NCBI GenBank assembly: GCA_963717435.1
Contig: OY970332.1
Span: 416,001 to 480,000 of the forward strand
Length of the DNA stretch: 64,000 nt
Origin: an uncultured bacterium
GTDB taxonomy: Bacteria > Babelota > Babeliae > Babelales > Babelaceae
Reading direction: 5' to 3'
Part shown: positions 38,766-50,518 of the stretch, piece after piece
Numbering within the stretch: position 1 is the first letter of the stretch
Layout of the letters: each line of letters opens with the position of its first letter
Notes under the pieces: model-generated
Database searches by the model: none
Seen by the model: the letters and a program-made list of their open reading frames with translations, nothing else
Told to the model about the DNA's origin: nothing
Position numbers and translations under genes: made by a program

Positions 38766-39551
38766 TTATTTTTTATTTTTATTCTTCTTTGCTTGATTTT
38801 TCACTTTTTTTACTAAATCAATTATTTCTTGAGATATCTTTATGCCTTTTTTCAAAAGACCTTTTATATATTTATCGGCAGAAACAAAATGACTTTCCTG
38901 ATCCCAGGTTATTGGATAAGCAGCTACTAGAACTTCATAAAATGAGTGCGGGTCTTTCTTTAAAAGAGCTTTGCAAATTTCAATTTTATTATGCAAAATT
39001 GCATAGGCTAATATTTTCCGCCCATTATCATCGACTTGAGAAAGAGCACATTTATTATCATCTGATGCGTGATTAATAAGAAGAAGTGCAATTTTATCAT
39101 CAATCCCAGACGGCATCGTTGAATAAATGATGTTCAAGTCTCCTCGTATCCCAACTATTGAATACATGTGGGCCGTAATACCTTCTTCTTCTGTAACGCC
39201 TGGCTTTGTTCTCGGATCGTTCATTAACATTTCAACAATTTCAAAATGATTTCCAATCACCGCTTGCATTAATGCAGTTTTACCTGTTGATACAATACGA
39301 CCGTCTTCACCGCGCAATGTATTCTGCCAATTAACATCAACTTTGTCTGATTTTAAAATTATTCTTACAGTATCAATGTCTCCTCTTTGAACTGCATCGA
39401 ATAACTCCCTAGAAACATTTTCATCGTACTCAGGATGTTCCAATTTTTTATTAGCAAGACGCTGCTCTAAAAACCAAGGCTCATACATGCATTTTAAGCC
39501 GTGAGAATTTACTATAATTAAAGATAAAATAATAAAATTTAAATTTTTCAC
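38766..39551 (-). CDS. Exported ankyrin-repeat protein
   Basis: LFDAVQRGD, GKTALMQAVIGNHFEIVEML, GITAHMY and GRKILAYAI. Confidence 0.85.
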   Translation of the reverse strand: MKNLNFIILSLIIVNSHGLKCMYEPWFLEQRLANKKLEHPEYDENVSRELFDAVQRGDIDTVRIILKSDKVDVNWQNTLRGEDGRIVSTGKTALMQAVIGNHFEIVEMLMNDPRTKPGVTEEEGITAHMYSIVGIRGDLNIIYSTMPSGIDDKIALLLINHASDDNKCALSQVDDNGRKILAYAILHNKIEICKALLKKDPHSFYEVLVAAYPITWDQESHFVSADKYIKGLLKKGIKISQEIIDLVKKVKNQAKKNKNKK

Positions 39552-39563
39552 TGTTTAATCCAT

Positions 39564-39920
39564 TTATTTATTCTTAAATTCTTCTTTAAGTGTCAGCTTT
39601 ACAAACATGCGACAAAAGTCAGCTCTTTTATTTTGTTCAGCAACAAAATAGTTAAATGCATTCCCGTGTCTGAATGCAAAAGTGCTTTCTACGCACTTTT
39701 TATATAAATCTTGGGCAGATTTTAGCTTGGCATTAACAAATTCTTGTCTACTGGCATCTTGGTCGTTGTTTTGCTTAATTTCTTTTAAAGCATCACCACG
39801 TGGGTCGTTCTGCGTTTTTGCCGTTCCAAATATACGTCCGGCAGATCCGCCAAATATTGGCGCAGATTTTAGTGATAAATTGGCAGCTAAAATTAATAGC
39901 CCTAAAAATATTTTTTTCAT
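39564..39920 (-). CDS. Hypothetical exported protein
   Basis: MKKIFLGLLILAANLSLKS signal peptide. Confidence 0.6.
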   Translation of the reverse strand: MKKIFLGLLILAANLSLKSAPIFGGSAGRIFGTAKTQNDPRGDALKEIKQNNDQDASRQEFVNAKLKSAQDLYKKCVESTFAFRHGNAFNYFVAEQNKRADFCRMFVKLTLKEEFKNK

Positions 39921-40010
39921 GAGTTAAATCTCTTTTGTAAAGTTAGTTTTTTTATCTTGCTAACATATATTTTAACTCATTAAAATAATTACTGCCACGA
40001 GACGTTTTAA

Positions 40011-41504
40011 CTATAGATAATCTCCCTCTTCTTCCCATTGGTCATACAATCTCCCGAGCAAAGATTTTTCGACTTCCGGCTCGGGCACAAAAGTAACTGC
40101 AGGCGGTCTCCATGATCCTCTGAGCATATTTTTGTTTGGCCAATAAACTCTCAATATAAGCTCGAAATAACCGGCTGGAGCAGGTAACCAGTTTGACTTT
40201 TTGTTGTCCTCTGGTTGATGCCTTTGAATATAAATATCTAAAGAACCATCTCGGTTGTATTTTAAATTGCCGCGATCACCTACTGAATATCTCTTAAGTG
40301 AATTATCCACAAAAAGTAGATTTTTATCATACATGGTTATCGACCAAAATGCTCTGGTGCTTGGAACTTGCAAGCGATCAAAATGTATAACATATCGGCT
40401 ATGCCCCTGCAATAACTTGCCGTTACTACCTACTTTTACAGTCTCGTAAAGCAAATCTTCTGACCTGCTCACCCCTAAATTGTTATACGCATTCACTGCA
40501 CGTTTTAAGTAGTTTGCCTCACTTGGCTGTGCGATCATGCTCCAGCCATTATTTATATTATTTTTTAAGTTAAGCGCGCTATATATTCTGTCTAATGCCA
40601 AACTTGGAACGTCATCCAAGTTTTCTCTTAAAGATGCGCTTAATCTATTAGCATCAAAATCTTGTTTGGGGATTATGCCTATAGGCTCAAAAGATTTCAA
40701 ATAATTAAGATCTTCTCGTGATACCGGATTGCTTTTGAGCAAGTCAGCAAAATAATTAAAAAACTTTAACCCATGAATCCGTTCAACAATATCAACAGGC
40801 AAAGCATTCATGTCTATATTAGGATCGATTTTGTTTTCAACAGGAATATAATCTTTGTTCAAAAAACTTAAAGGCTTTAATGTAAACTGCTTTTGAATTC
40901 TGTTAACCAGTACCAAATCACCTCTTTTATCTTTGGGAAAAAATTTGCCCACCAACCGGACAATATTTGTATGAGATTTTATCATTTTTAAACCAGCCGG
41001 AATATCGCCGCGCCAATTTGGACCAACAAAAATCAAGTCTTGGGATACCGTCCCCATTTCTCTTTTTCCAATTGAAGCAATTAGATTGGTCCAGTTATCA
41101 AAAGCTTCCATCAAATAATATCTGTCTCTTGTATTTGGAACATGCAATATAATAGGCTCCTTTTCAAGATCGAGCCAAGCAGTGGAATATAGAGTATCGG
41201 GTTCCAATTTATTTAACTTATTAAACTTGGGTTTCACAAATTTGGTAGAATGCGCAAACTGATTAATAGGAGCAAAAAATTCTGTGGGAGATGCAACATT
41301 GGTCATAACTTTTTTTGTCACATCCATAAGAACGAGCGGATAAGCAAAAATATACGCTTTTACGCCCAAGCCGCTCACAATCTGTGGTGACAATTCTGCT
41401 TGAGGTTGTTTCTCGCAAAGATCTTGACCGAGCAAATCAAATAATAAACTACTAAATAAAAATATTTTTATTTTAGAAAACTTTAAAGTCATAATTTTTC
41501 CCAA
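40011..41504 (-). CDS. DUF1254/DUF1214 domain protein
   Basis: AYIFAYPLV, PINQFAH, DTLYSTAWLDL, AFWSITMYD, NWLPAP and LRVYWP. Confidence 0.9.
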   Translation of the reverse strand: MGKIMTLKFSKIKIFLFSSLLFDLLGQDLCEKQPQAELSPQIVSGLGVKAYIFAYPLVLMDVTKKVMTNVASPTEFFAPINQFAHSTKFVKPKFNKLNKLEPDTLYSTAWLDLEKEPIILHVPNTRDRYYLMEAFDNWTNLIASIGKREMGTVSQDLIFVGPNWRGDIPAGLKMIKSHTNIVRLVGKFFPKDKRGDLVLVNRIQKQFTLKPLSFLNKDYIPVENKIDPNIDMNALPVDIVERIHGLKFFNYFADLLKSNPVSREDLNYLKSFEPIGIIPKQDFDANRLSASLRENLDDVPSLALDRIYSALNLKNNINNGWSMIAQPSEANYLKRAVNAYNNLGVSRSEDLLYETVKVGSNGKLLQGHSRYVIHFDRLQVPSTRAFWSITMYDKNLLFVDNSLKRYSVGDRGNLKYNRDGSLDIYIQRHQPEDNKKSNWLPAPAGYFELILRVYWPNKNMLRGSWRPPAVTFVPEPEVEKSLLGRLYDQWEEEGDYL

Positions 41505-41591
41505 ATTTTAAAATTATTTTAATAACTTAAGTAATTTAATTAGAGCAATTATGAACTTTTAAAATCAAGATTCTGTAAAATTAAAATTTTT

Positions 41592-41831
41592 TCAGGTCAA
41601 ATATATATTAACTGTTGAACGGCCAATTTCGACAAAGCCAGACACGTTATCGATATTCTCAACTTTTCCGCTGCTTGAAATACAATAAGAAAGCAAAGAT
41701 TGCGGTTTAAGTTCCACTATCGACGGCGCATGGCCAAGTTGAATAACCATACCGCCAACAACGGTCTCGACTTCTACCCATAAAATAAAAACTGTTTTTA
41801 CATCAGAATTACTGATTATATTCAGTTCCAT
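41592..41831 (-). CDS. atpC: ATP synthase epsilon subunit, N-terminal beta domain only
   Basis: Directly after atpD; MELNIIS..GGMVIQLGHAP..GFVEI; lacks the C-terminal helices. Confidence 0.7.
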   Translation of the reverse strand: MELNIISNSDVKTVFILWVEVETVVGGMVIQLGHAPSIVELKPQSLLSYCISSSGKVENIDNVSGFVEIGRSTVNIYLT

Positions 41832-41834
41832 TTA

Positions 41835-43264
<1,430 letters not shown>

Positions 43265-43414
43265 TTTTTTAATCCTTAAACATAATCTTTCTTTTAATCG
43301 ACCCTAATTTAAGTGAAATAATAAGTCAATTAAAACTGTTTTTTAAGTATATATAAATAGTAAATTAGCTACAAATTCTAATTAATAATAAATAAGATAA
43401 ACTAATTTTTATAG

Positions 43415-43846
43415 TTATCGACAATTTGTGCAGGAATTTTCTCTGCGGCCATGATGCTCATGATGCTTGTGACGTCTCTTTTCTGTCCAACTAGCATCGC
43501 CCGCGCATCTTTTTTCGCAAGAAGTTCTGCACTCAGTAGCTGACATGCCGCTTGTTCTTCTACAATCTCGATAGCACTTTGACGTACAGCTATTTTCAGT
43601 ATTGTAATAACCTAAAGAATATTTATAATCGGGAGCATATTCATAAGTTCCCCAATAAGGCGCGTAAGCGTAATTTGGATAACCCCAACCATACCAGCAA
43701 CTAGGGTAGCTGCAGTCGTAATAATAACCTATGGGGTAACCGGTGTAATAACCAACTTCTACACCAACGTAAGTTTTGATATTTTCAAATAATAAGCAGC
43801 TAAGTGCTAGAATACCCAAGATACTCAAGATAATTTTATTTTTCAT
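43415..43846 (-). CDS. Exported Tyr/Gly-rich protein with C-terminal Cys motif and His-rich tail
   Basis: Likely start MKNKIIL after GGGGG; CYRDCRRTSGMSATECRTSC. Confidence 0.65.
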   Translation of the reverse strand: MKNKIILSILGILALSCLLFENIKTYVGVEVGYYTGYPIGYYYDCSYPSCWYGWGYPNYAYAPYWGTYEYAPDYKYSLGYYNTENSCTSKCYRDCRRTSGMSATECRTSCEKRCAGDASWTEKRRHKHHEHHGRRENSCTNCR

Positions 43847-43885
43847 GACTTGCCCCCAAAACTTGTAATACAAAAACTTTGTAAC

Positions 43886-43912
43886 CTGTGGCGGGTTTTT
43901 ACGCCGCCACAG
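43886..43912. terminator. Intergenic hairpin between the two Cys-motif genes
   Basis: CTGTGGCGG-loop-CCGCCACAG. Confidence 0.55.
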
Positions 43913-43925
43913 ACTTTAATACCAA

Positions 43926-44561
43926 TTAACTACCAGCAGATACATCGCCATAATTAGCAGGGCCAGTTTGTGCGTTACCAATACTTTCGTATTCTTCAAC
44001 ACACTGTTTTATACATTCGCCCTCAGACATACCTGAACCTGCAACACAGTTATTTTTGCAATTAGCTATGTAATCACCAAAATACTTGTTTTGCACCCAG
44101 TCTCCATTAAGATAAACGTTACCACTTGATACATTGTCAACCACAACAGGATCTGACCAATCAAGAGATGACCACCAACCAAGACTCCACAGACCTAGCC
44201 CAAGACCAAGGCCCCAATAGCCCCAACCTGCGCCACCCCAGCCCCAGCCGCCCCAACGGCCACCACGACCATAACGTCCATATCCACCGCGACCGTATCC
44301 GCCGCGTCCATAAGCTCCACGGCCACCTCGACCAGCAGCACCACGTCCTGCGCCTCCACGGCCAGCCATACGCGCACCACCACCGCGGCCACCGAAACCA
44401 CCACGGCCCCCGCCGCCTCTACCACCGCCAAATCCTCCGCCGCGACCACCGCCGCCTCCATGTCCTCCACCACCACCGCCGCCACGGGCCTCTAGTGTCA
44501 TTTCAAATGAAGTTGCTAGCATTGTAAATGCAAGCAAATAGGCTATAAGTTTTTTGTTCAT
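43926..44561 (-). CDS. Exported Gly/Arg-rich (RGG) protein with Trp-rich segment and C-terminal Cys motif
   Basis: AAGGAG RBS, signal peptide ending LEA, RGG repeats, CKNNCVAGSGMSEGECIKQC. Confidence 0.8.
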   Translation of the reverse strand: MNKKLIAYLLAFTMLATSFEMTLEARGGGGGGGHGGGGGRGGGFGGGRGGGGRGGFGGRGGGARMAGRGGAGRGAAGRGGRGAYGRGGYGRGGYGRYGRGGRWGGWGWGGAGWGYWGLGLGLGLWSLGWWSSLDWSDPVVVDNVSSGNVYLNGDWVQNKYFGDYIANCKNNCVAGSGMSEGECIKQCVEEYESIGNAQTGPANYGDVSAGS

Positions 44562-45023
44562 TACTACTCTCCTTAAATAAAATTAATAACTCCAGTTTTT
44601 AAAGACTCTCTTTTTTTCTAATTTAATCAGGAAAAAACCCCCATCTCCCCCAGTCAAACCACATATCTTGTGTAATTTATTGATAAATATTCTATTAATA
44701 AATTATCAAATTTGAATTATAAATATCAATAATAATTAAAAATATTTTTATATTAGAAAAATTAAATACTAATTATATGGGAAATATTTAAGAAATATTA
44801 AATCTAGTTAGAAATAATAAATACAAAAAATATATATTTAAAGCCAAAATTATTATTTACATATTATTGACTATCAGAAATAATATAGGCTAAAATTGTA
44901 ACTGAGTGGGCAATTACAAGTCAACCCCAAAAAAGGAGAGAGTATCAGTCTTGAACTGTCTCTCTCTTTCCCTGCTTTATTTATTTCGAAAATTAATTTT
45001 TTGGCCAACCAGATTCTAAGCCC

Positions 45024-45213
45024 GCGCTCGCCCTGAGTGTTTTTCGCAGCTCTTAAGAGCGTAGAAAAATGTATCGAATGGGTGCGCAGGGGAAAAATAC
45101 AAAATTAACTTTTTGGCCGACCCTTCCGTCTACGTTAAAACTACGACGGACGCAGTCGATACACTCAGCCTGCCCGGCGAAACTTTAGTGAAGCCTGGGG
45201 GCGAGCGGCCACA
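45024..45213. repeat. Modular palindromic element, copy B (inverted twin of copy A)
   Basis: Reverse complement matches 9015..9204 with about 6 mismatches. Confidence 0.92.
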
Positions 45214-45238
45214 TAAAATTCTCTCTAGCTAAAAGCAA

Positions 45239-46258
45239 TCAGGCTATTTCTTCAAAACCAGAAACACCAATAGACGCAAATTTTTCTTCAATTTGCTTAA
45301 TATCAAGAAGCCCCTCTTTGGCATCATAAAAACTAATAACCGAAGCGCTATTAATTAAGCCAAAAACAACAGCTTTTTTTATTGATTCTTGGGATAAGCC
45401 CAAATTTACTAATACCCCGACAAAGCATGACGCAAATGCGTCACCGGCACCGACAGTGTTGATAACTTTAACTGGCAAGCTTTTGTGGAACAAAATTTTA
45501 TTTTCATGTCCAACATATACCCCAGATTTTCCTGCTGTTACAACGACAACTTTTGGCCCCAAATCTAAAATTTTTTTTATAATTTCGGGTATCGAAATAT
45601 CTTTTTTGAAAAATTTTTGAGATAAAACTTTTGCCTCTTTGTGATTTACGACAAAAATATCAACAGATTTTAAAGCAGATTTTAAAATATCTTCTTCAAA
45701 TTCAAGTTGCCACTTTGATGGGTTAAGCGCAATAATCGACCCGTTCGATTTTGCGATTTTTAAAATTTTTAATAACAGCAAACTTGAATCGCCAGATAGT
45801 GGCGCTATATAAACCAAATTTTTATTTGCAAACATTTTGTCTTGCAGATCTGACTCTTTTAAGCTCGCACTTGAACCCCTATAAACCAAAACAGTTCTAT
45901 CGCCCTTTGGTGAAGGCAAAATAAAAGATATCCCGCTCTTTAAATCTTCAGAGCGGGATATGTTAGAAATATCAATATTATTTGATTTTAGGTCTTTTAT
46001 AATAAAATCAGCTGTATTATCTTTGCCGACCTTAAAAAAAGCTTCTACATCAAAGCCAAGTTTCTTAAAAGATACTGCACAATTAGTTGAGCCACCCCCG
46101 GTTGCGTAATGCAAACTCGAAATGTCGATTTTTTCAGACTCCGGTATAAGCAAAAAGCTTTTACTTTCACCAGAAATTTCCAAATTTTTGGAAATTATTT
46201 CGGCACTTTCCAAAAAAACATCTTGGGTCGCCCCACCAATTGTCAGTACTTTTTTCAT
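45239..46258 (-). CDS. PfkB-family carbohydrate kinase
   Basis: IGGATQD, TGGGSTNCAV and NTVGAGDAF. Confidence 0.92.
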   Translation of the reverse strand: MKKVLTIGGATQDVFLESAEIISKNLEISGESKSFLLIPESEKIDISSLHYATGGGSTNCAVSFKKLGFDVEAFFKVGKDNTADFIIKDLKSNNIDISNISRSEDLKSGISFILPSPKGDRTVLVYRGSSASLKESDLQDKMFANKNLVYIAPLSGDSSLLLLKILKIAKSNGSIIALNPSKWQLEFEEDILKSALKSVDIFVVNHKEAKVLSQKFFKKDISIPEIIKKILDLGPKVVVVTAGKSGVYVGHENKILFHKSLPVKVINTVGAGDAFASCFVGVLVNLGLSQESIKKAVVFGLINSASVISFYDAKEGLLDIKQIEEKFASIGVSGFEEIA

Positions 46259-46284
46259 TATATATTTCCCAAATATATTTCCCG

Positions 46285-48654
46285 TTATACATTTCCTGCT
46301 GCTTTTTTTGCCATATCTGGCATCAATACATGATTCATGACTTCATCTGCATGGGAAACCCAAATAACTTTGATTCCATCAAGAATTTCTTCCAAACCAA
46401 TAATGTCATTTTTATTCTTTTGGGGCAATATTACATGAGCAACATTATTACGCTTTGCTGCCAAAATCTTCTCTTTAACACCACCAATTGGCATCACATT
46501 ACCCTGCAAGTTAATTTCACCGGTCATTGCGTATTCTGCATTAATTGGGCGCTGTGTTAAAACTGAAAGTATTGATGAAAGCATTGTTACACCCGCAGAT
46601 GGTCCATCTTTGGGAACAGCTCCAGCAGGAACATGTATATGAATGTCGTAACTTGAGAAAAGTTTTGGATCTATACCAAAATCATGACAATGCGAACGTG
46701 CATAACTTAAAGCAGCCTGAGCAGATTCTTTCATCACATCACCGAGTTGCCCAGTTAAAATCAATCTGCCTTTTCCTGGCATCTTAACGGCTTCGATTTT
46801 TATCATCTCTCCACCATGCGATGTCCAAGCCAAACCGTTTGTTATGCCGATCAAATTTTTCTTATGAACTTCTTCTTCTGAGTATCTATTTGGCCCTAAA
46901 TATTGTGTTATATTTTCAGGAGTAAATTCAAGAACCTTGCCCTCTTCAACAAGTTGTCTTGCTGCTTTAGATGCTAATTTTTTTAATATACGTTCAAGCT
47001 CACGAACCCCAGCTTCACGTGTATAATTACAGACAATATAAGAAAGTAATTTGTCAGAGAAGTTTACTTCGTAGCCTTCAAGACCGGATTCTTTAATAAC
47101 TTTTGAAACCAAATGACGTTTCGCGATACTTACTTTTTCTTCTTGGGTATAACCTGAAAGCATTATAACTTCCATTCTGTCCCTTAACGGCTCTGACAAT
47201 GTATCAAGAGTATTTGCAGTTGCTATAAATAAAACTTTAGAGAAGTCGAACGGCACACCAAGATAGTTATCATAAAAAGTTTTATTTTGTTGCGGATCCA
47301 AGACCTCAAGCATAGCCGCTGATGGATCACCACGAAAATCTGAACCGATTTTATCAAGCTCATCTATAATTATTACAGGATTAGATGTCCCAGATTTTTT
47401 AATTGCCTGTATAAATCTTCCGGGCATTGCTCCAACATAAGTTCTTCTATGACCACGAATTTCGGCTTCGTCTTTAACTCCACCAAGTGAAATTCTTATA
47501 TATTCGCGCCCCAAACTATTTGCTATAGATTTACCCAAAGATGTTTTACCTGTTCCTGGGGGCCCGACAAAGCAAATTATAGGAGAATGGCCATCCTCTT
47601 TAAGTTTTTTTATCGAAATAAAGTCTAAAATTCTGTCTTTAATCTCTTTAAGCCCATAATGCTCGCGATCTAAGACAGACTTTGCATGTTCTATATCCAA
47701 ATTATCTTCAGAATGCTTGTTCCATGGCAATGACAACATCCAGTCTATATATGTTCTTGTTACCGCAGCTTCCATAGAATCTGGAGATGTTTTTTCAAGT
47801 CTATTTATTTGTCTATTTATTTCTGTAAAAGTTTCAGGGGTAACATCAAGATCTGCAAGTCTCATTCTCATCTTGTCTATATCTTGACTGTCTTCATCAC
47901 CCAATTCTTCTTTTATAGCTTTAAGTTGTTCGCGCAAGTAAAACTCTTTTTGTGATTTGTTCATAGAATCGCGCGCGCGATTTTTGATTCTTTCTTGAAC
48001 TTCCGCAACCTCAAGCTCTTTTGCTAAGCATTTATATAACCCCTCAAGAAACTCTTCAAGATTTTTCATCTCTAAAAGCTCTTGGGCCTCATGAACATCA
48101 AGATTTATATGTGATATTATAAAATCAGCAATTTTTAGTGGATCCTGCATCTTGGAAATTATAATATGAAAATCTGGACTTAACCCGTTACCTGAACTTG
48201 AAATCTGTTCAGCAATATTTTTTATATTTTTTAATTGAGCGCTCACCTGAGGTCTATCGTGCATCTCAGATAAAGCAAATCTCTCAATCGATGCCTGCAA
48301 GATGTCATTATCTGAAATTATTTCTTGCACATCTGCACGTGAAACACCCTGCACTAATATTTTTACTCCCCCTTCAGGAATTTTTATTAATCTCATTATC
48401 GATGCAACTGTGCCCACACCATAAAGATCCTTGGTCCCAATAGCTCCATCGTGACCCTCTGACTGTTTTTTTGAAGCTAGCAAAAGCACAAGTTTGCCTT
48501 CGCTTTGTAAAGCCGAATCAACACCCTTTATTATTCTTTCATCAAGAACAAGAAGGGGAACAATCATATTAGGAAATACCACGACATCCATAGTCGGTAT
48601 GACTGGGAGAATCTCCGGCACAACATCATGAACAGATTTATCTATAGTCTTCAT
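46285..48654 (-). CDS. lon: Lon protease
   Basis: GPPGTGKT, GHRRTYVGAMPG, PKDGPSAG and IGGVKEK. Confidence 0.98.
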   Translation of the reverse strand: MKTIDKSVHDVVPEILPVIPTMDVVVFPNMIVPLLVLDERIIKGVDSALQSEGKLVLLLASKKQSEGHDGAIGTKDLYGVGTVASIMRLIKIPEGGVKILVQGVSRADVQEIISDNDILQASIERFALSEMHDRPQVSAQLKNIKNIAEQISSSGNGLSPDFHIIISKMQDPLKIADFIISHINLDVHEAQELLEMKNLEEFLEGLYKCLAKELEVAEVQERIKNRARDSMNKSQKEFYLREQLKAIKEELGDEDSQDIDKMRMRLADLDVTPETFTEINRQINRLEKTSPDSMEAAVTRTYIDWMLSLPWNKHSEDNLDIEHAKSVLDREHYGLKEIKDRILDFISIKKLKEDGHSPIICFVGPPGTGKTSLGKSIANSLGREYIRISLGGVKDEAEIRGHRRTYVGAMPGRFIQAIKKSGTSNPVIIIDELDKIGSDFRGDPSAAMLEVLDPQQNKTFYDNYLGVPFDFSKVLFIATANTLDTLSEPLRDRMEVIMLSGYTQEEKVSIAKRHLVSKVIKESGLEGYEVNFSDKLLSYIVCNYTREAGVRELERILKKLASKAARQLVEEGKVLEFTPENITQYLGPNRYSEEEVHKKNLIGITNGLAWTSHGGEMIKIEAVKMPGKGRLILTGQLGDVMKESAQAALSYARSHCHDFGIDPKLFSSYDIHIHVPAGAVPKDGPSAGVTMLSSILSVLTQRPINAEYAMTGEINLQGNVMPIGGVKEKILAAKRNNVAHVILPQKNKNDIIGLEEILDGIKVIWVSHADEVMNHVLMPDMAKKAAGNV

Positions 48655-48777
48655 ATTACTCCCCTAAAAGTTAGTTATCCCTTAAGTAGAGTTTAGTATT
48701 AGTCAAAATTTAAAAACAATAGTTAATGAAATATAGTTTCTGAAAAACATGCGCAGAATCAAATTTATTCAGCTAGA

Positions 48778-49416
48778 CTAATTTTTTCTAGCCAGGCACA
48801 TTAATGCTCTTCTTAATATTTCATCAAATTTGGCAACGCTTATATCCAAGCTATTTTTAACTTGACCCATGGCATTATTAATTTCAAACCGAGAATATCC
48901 CAAAGACTCCAAAGCCTGGTTAACATCTTTTAGCTTTTCAAAATGTTTTAACCCGGCCGTATCTTCAGTCTTACCTGCAAGATTATCCCCTGAACTTCCA
49001 GAAGTCTCATAAAGTTCAAATTTTGTGATCTTATCTTTAAGTTGCAAGATCATACTTTCAGCTTTTTTCGCGCCTATTCCATTAACTTTGCTAAGAGATT
49101 TAACATCGGCACAGGCTATTGCGCTTAAAAACATAGTTGGGTTCATAGTGTTCAAAACTGCTAATCCAATTTTAGGGCCGCAACCTGAGCAGCTTAAAAC
49201 CAAATCGAATATAGATTTTTCTGTACCAGTTTTAAACCCAAATAGAGCCGGTCCAGTTTCTTGGTTCCATACCATAGATATATTTAGCTCTACCTCTTTC
49301 CCAATATCAAAATATTTTTCATCAGGAACCTGCACCTGAAATCCCAAGCCCGAAACTTCTATTACCAAACTATTTTGATGCGAGAATTTAAGCTTGCCCT
49401 TTAAATATGCGATCAT
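48778..49416 (-). CDS. ruvA: Holliday junction branch migration protein RuvA
   Basis: MIAYLKG, LFGF, SGCGPK, GIGAKKA..ILQLKDK and ALESLGY. Confidence 0.95.
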   Translation of the reverse strand: MIAYLKGKLKFSHQNSLVIEVSGLGFQVQVPDEKYFDIGKEVELNISMVWNQETGPALFGFKTGTEKSIFDLVLSCSGCGPKIGLAVLNTMNPTMFLSAIACADVKSLSKVNGIGAKKAESMILQLKDKITKFELYETSGSSGDNLAGKTEDTAGLKHFEKLKDVNQALESLGYSRFEINNAMGQVKNSLDISVAKFDEILRRALMCLARKN

Positions 49417-49524
49417 AAATAACTTTCTTTAAAATTTTTAAAAAAATCTGGTAACTTAGAAATACTTTAAAAGTTTATTTTAATAACTTAGTTGAGAATA
49501 AAAAATTTTGGGAGATATTGTTAT

Positions 49525-50493
49525 ATGAATCTTAAGTTAATTTTATTATTGTTTCCGATAAGTTTAATCGGGTATACAGATAAAACAGCCCACTTACACG
49601 ATAAAAACAATCAAGCATCTGTAATCCCCAACCCAAGCCAACAAAATCTCGATGAAGAATATAATATAGCAAATAGTTTTATAGACGCACTTCTTGATCG
49701 CGAACATCTAAATAATCCTGAATCTCAAGAAAATCCAAACGTTACAGAGTTCAAATTGGCACTGAAATTATTTGGAGAGTTTTCCAAATCTGGAAATTTT
49801 ATTTGTATGAACAGAATTATAATTTGGCTTGAAAGAACTTTCGACAAGTTTAAATGTAATATTTGTCCAGATATTACTCAAGAAAACCAAGCCAACAAAA
49901 ATCCAGATAATAATAAAATATATTATTCAGTATTAAACGAAGTTGGCATAGCATGCGCCGCTGGGCCAATTTTATATTCGTCTTTAAATTCCAGAACTGA
50001 TAGGCCTGTATCAAATCAGGAAGAGCAAGAATTTATAATAAAAGAGCTAGATAAATCTTTGATTAGATATCTTAAGTTATTAACAAAATATGGCGCAAAA
50101 ATAGACCATGTAATTAATAATGCGGGACAATTTGTTGGCCAAGATTCCCAGTGGAGCAAAATAAATGGCACACTTTTGCATATAGCAGCAAGCACTAATC
50201 GCGATGATCTTATTGATTTACTTGTCTCACTTAATGCCGATCCAAATTTAAAAGACACTAATGGGAGAACAGCTTTGCATATAGCGATAGAAAATTGCAA
50301 AAACGATGAACACTCACATGTAATTGAAGCAATAATATCCAAAGGCGGCGATGTCAACGCTGTTTATGGAGATAATATAAAACCATTAAAAATCGCTCTG
50401 CATAAAAAGCTCATGAAAGTTGCATATATTTTAAAACAAAAAGGGGCAAATCAAAAAAGGGAACTAGAGAAAGCTAAGAGTTGGTGGATTTAG
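49525..50493 (+). CDS. Exported ankyrin-repeat protein
   Basis: GTLLHIAA, GRTALHIAI and KGGDVNA; start MNLK after GGGAG. Confidence 0.85.
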   Translation: MNLKLILLLFPISLIGYTDKTAHLHDKNNQASVIPNPSQQNLDEEYNIANSFIDALLDREHLNNPESQENPNVTEFKLALKLFGEFSKSGNFICMNRIIIWLERTFDKFKCNICPDITQENQANKNPDNNKIYYSVLNEVGIACAAGPILYSSLNSRTDRPVSNQEEQEFIIKELDKSLIRYLKLLTKYGAKIDHVINNAGQFVGQDSQWSKINGTLLHIAASTNRDDLIDLLVSLNADPNLKDTNGRTALHIAIENCKNDEHSHVIEAIISKGGDVNAVYGDNIKPLKIALHKKLMKVAYILKQKGANQKRELEKAKSWWI

Positions 50494-50518
50494 TTTTTTT
50501 TAAAACAATTAGGGTCGC

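Noticed and set aside
44126-44527. GC-rich island and alternative-frame ORFs (His-rich plus strand, Val/Ala-rich minus strand)
   Set aside because: Explained by Gly/Arg codons of the RGG protein, which has the RBS and signal peptide; no evidence of foreign DNA
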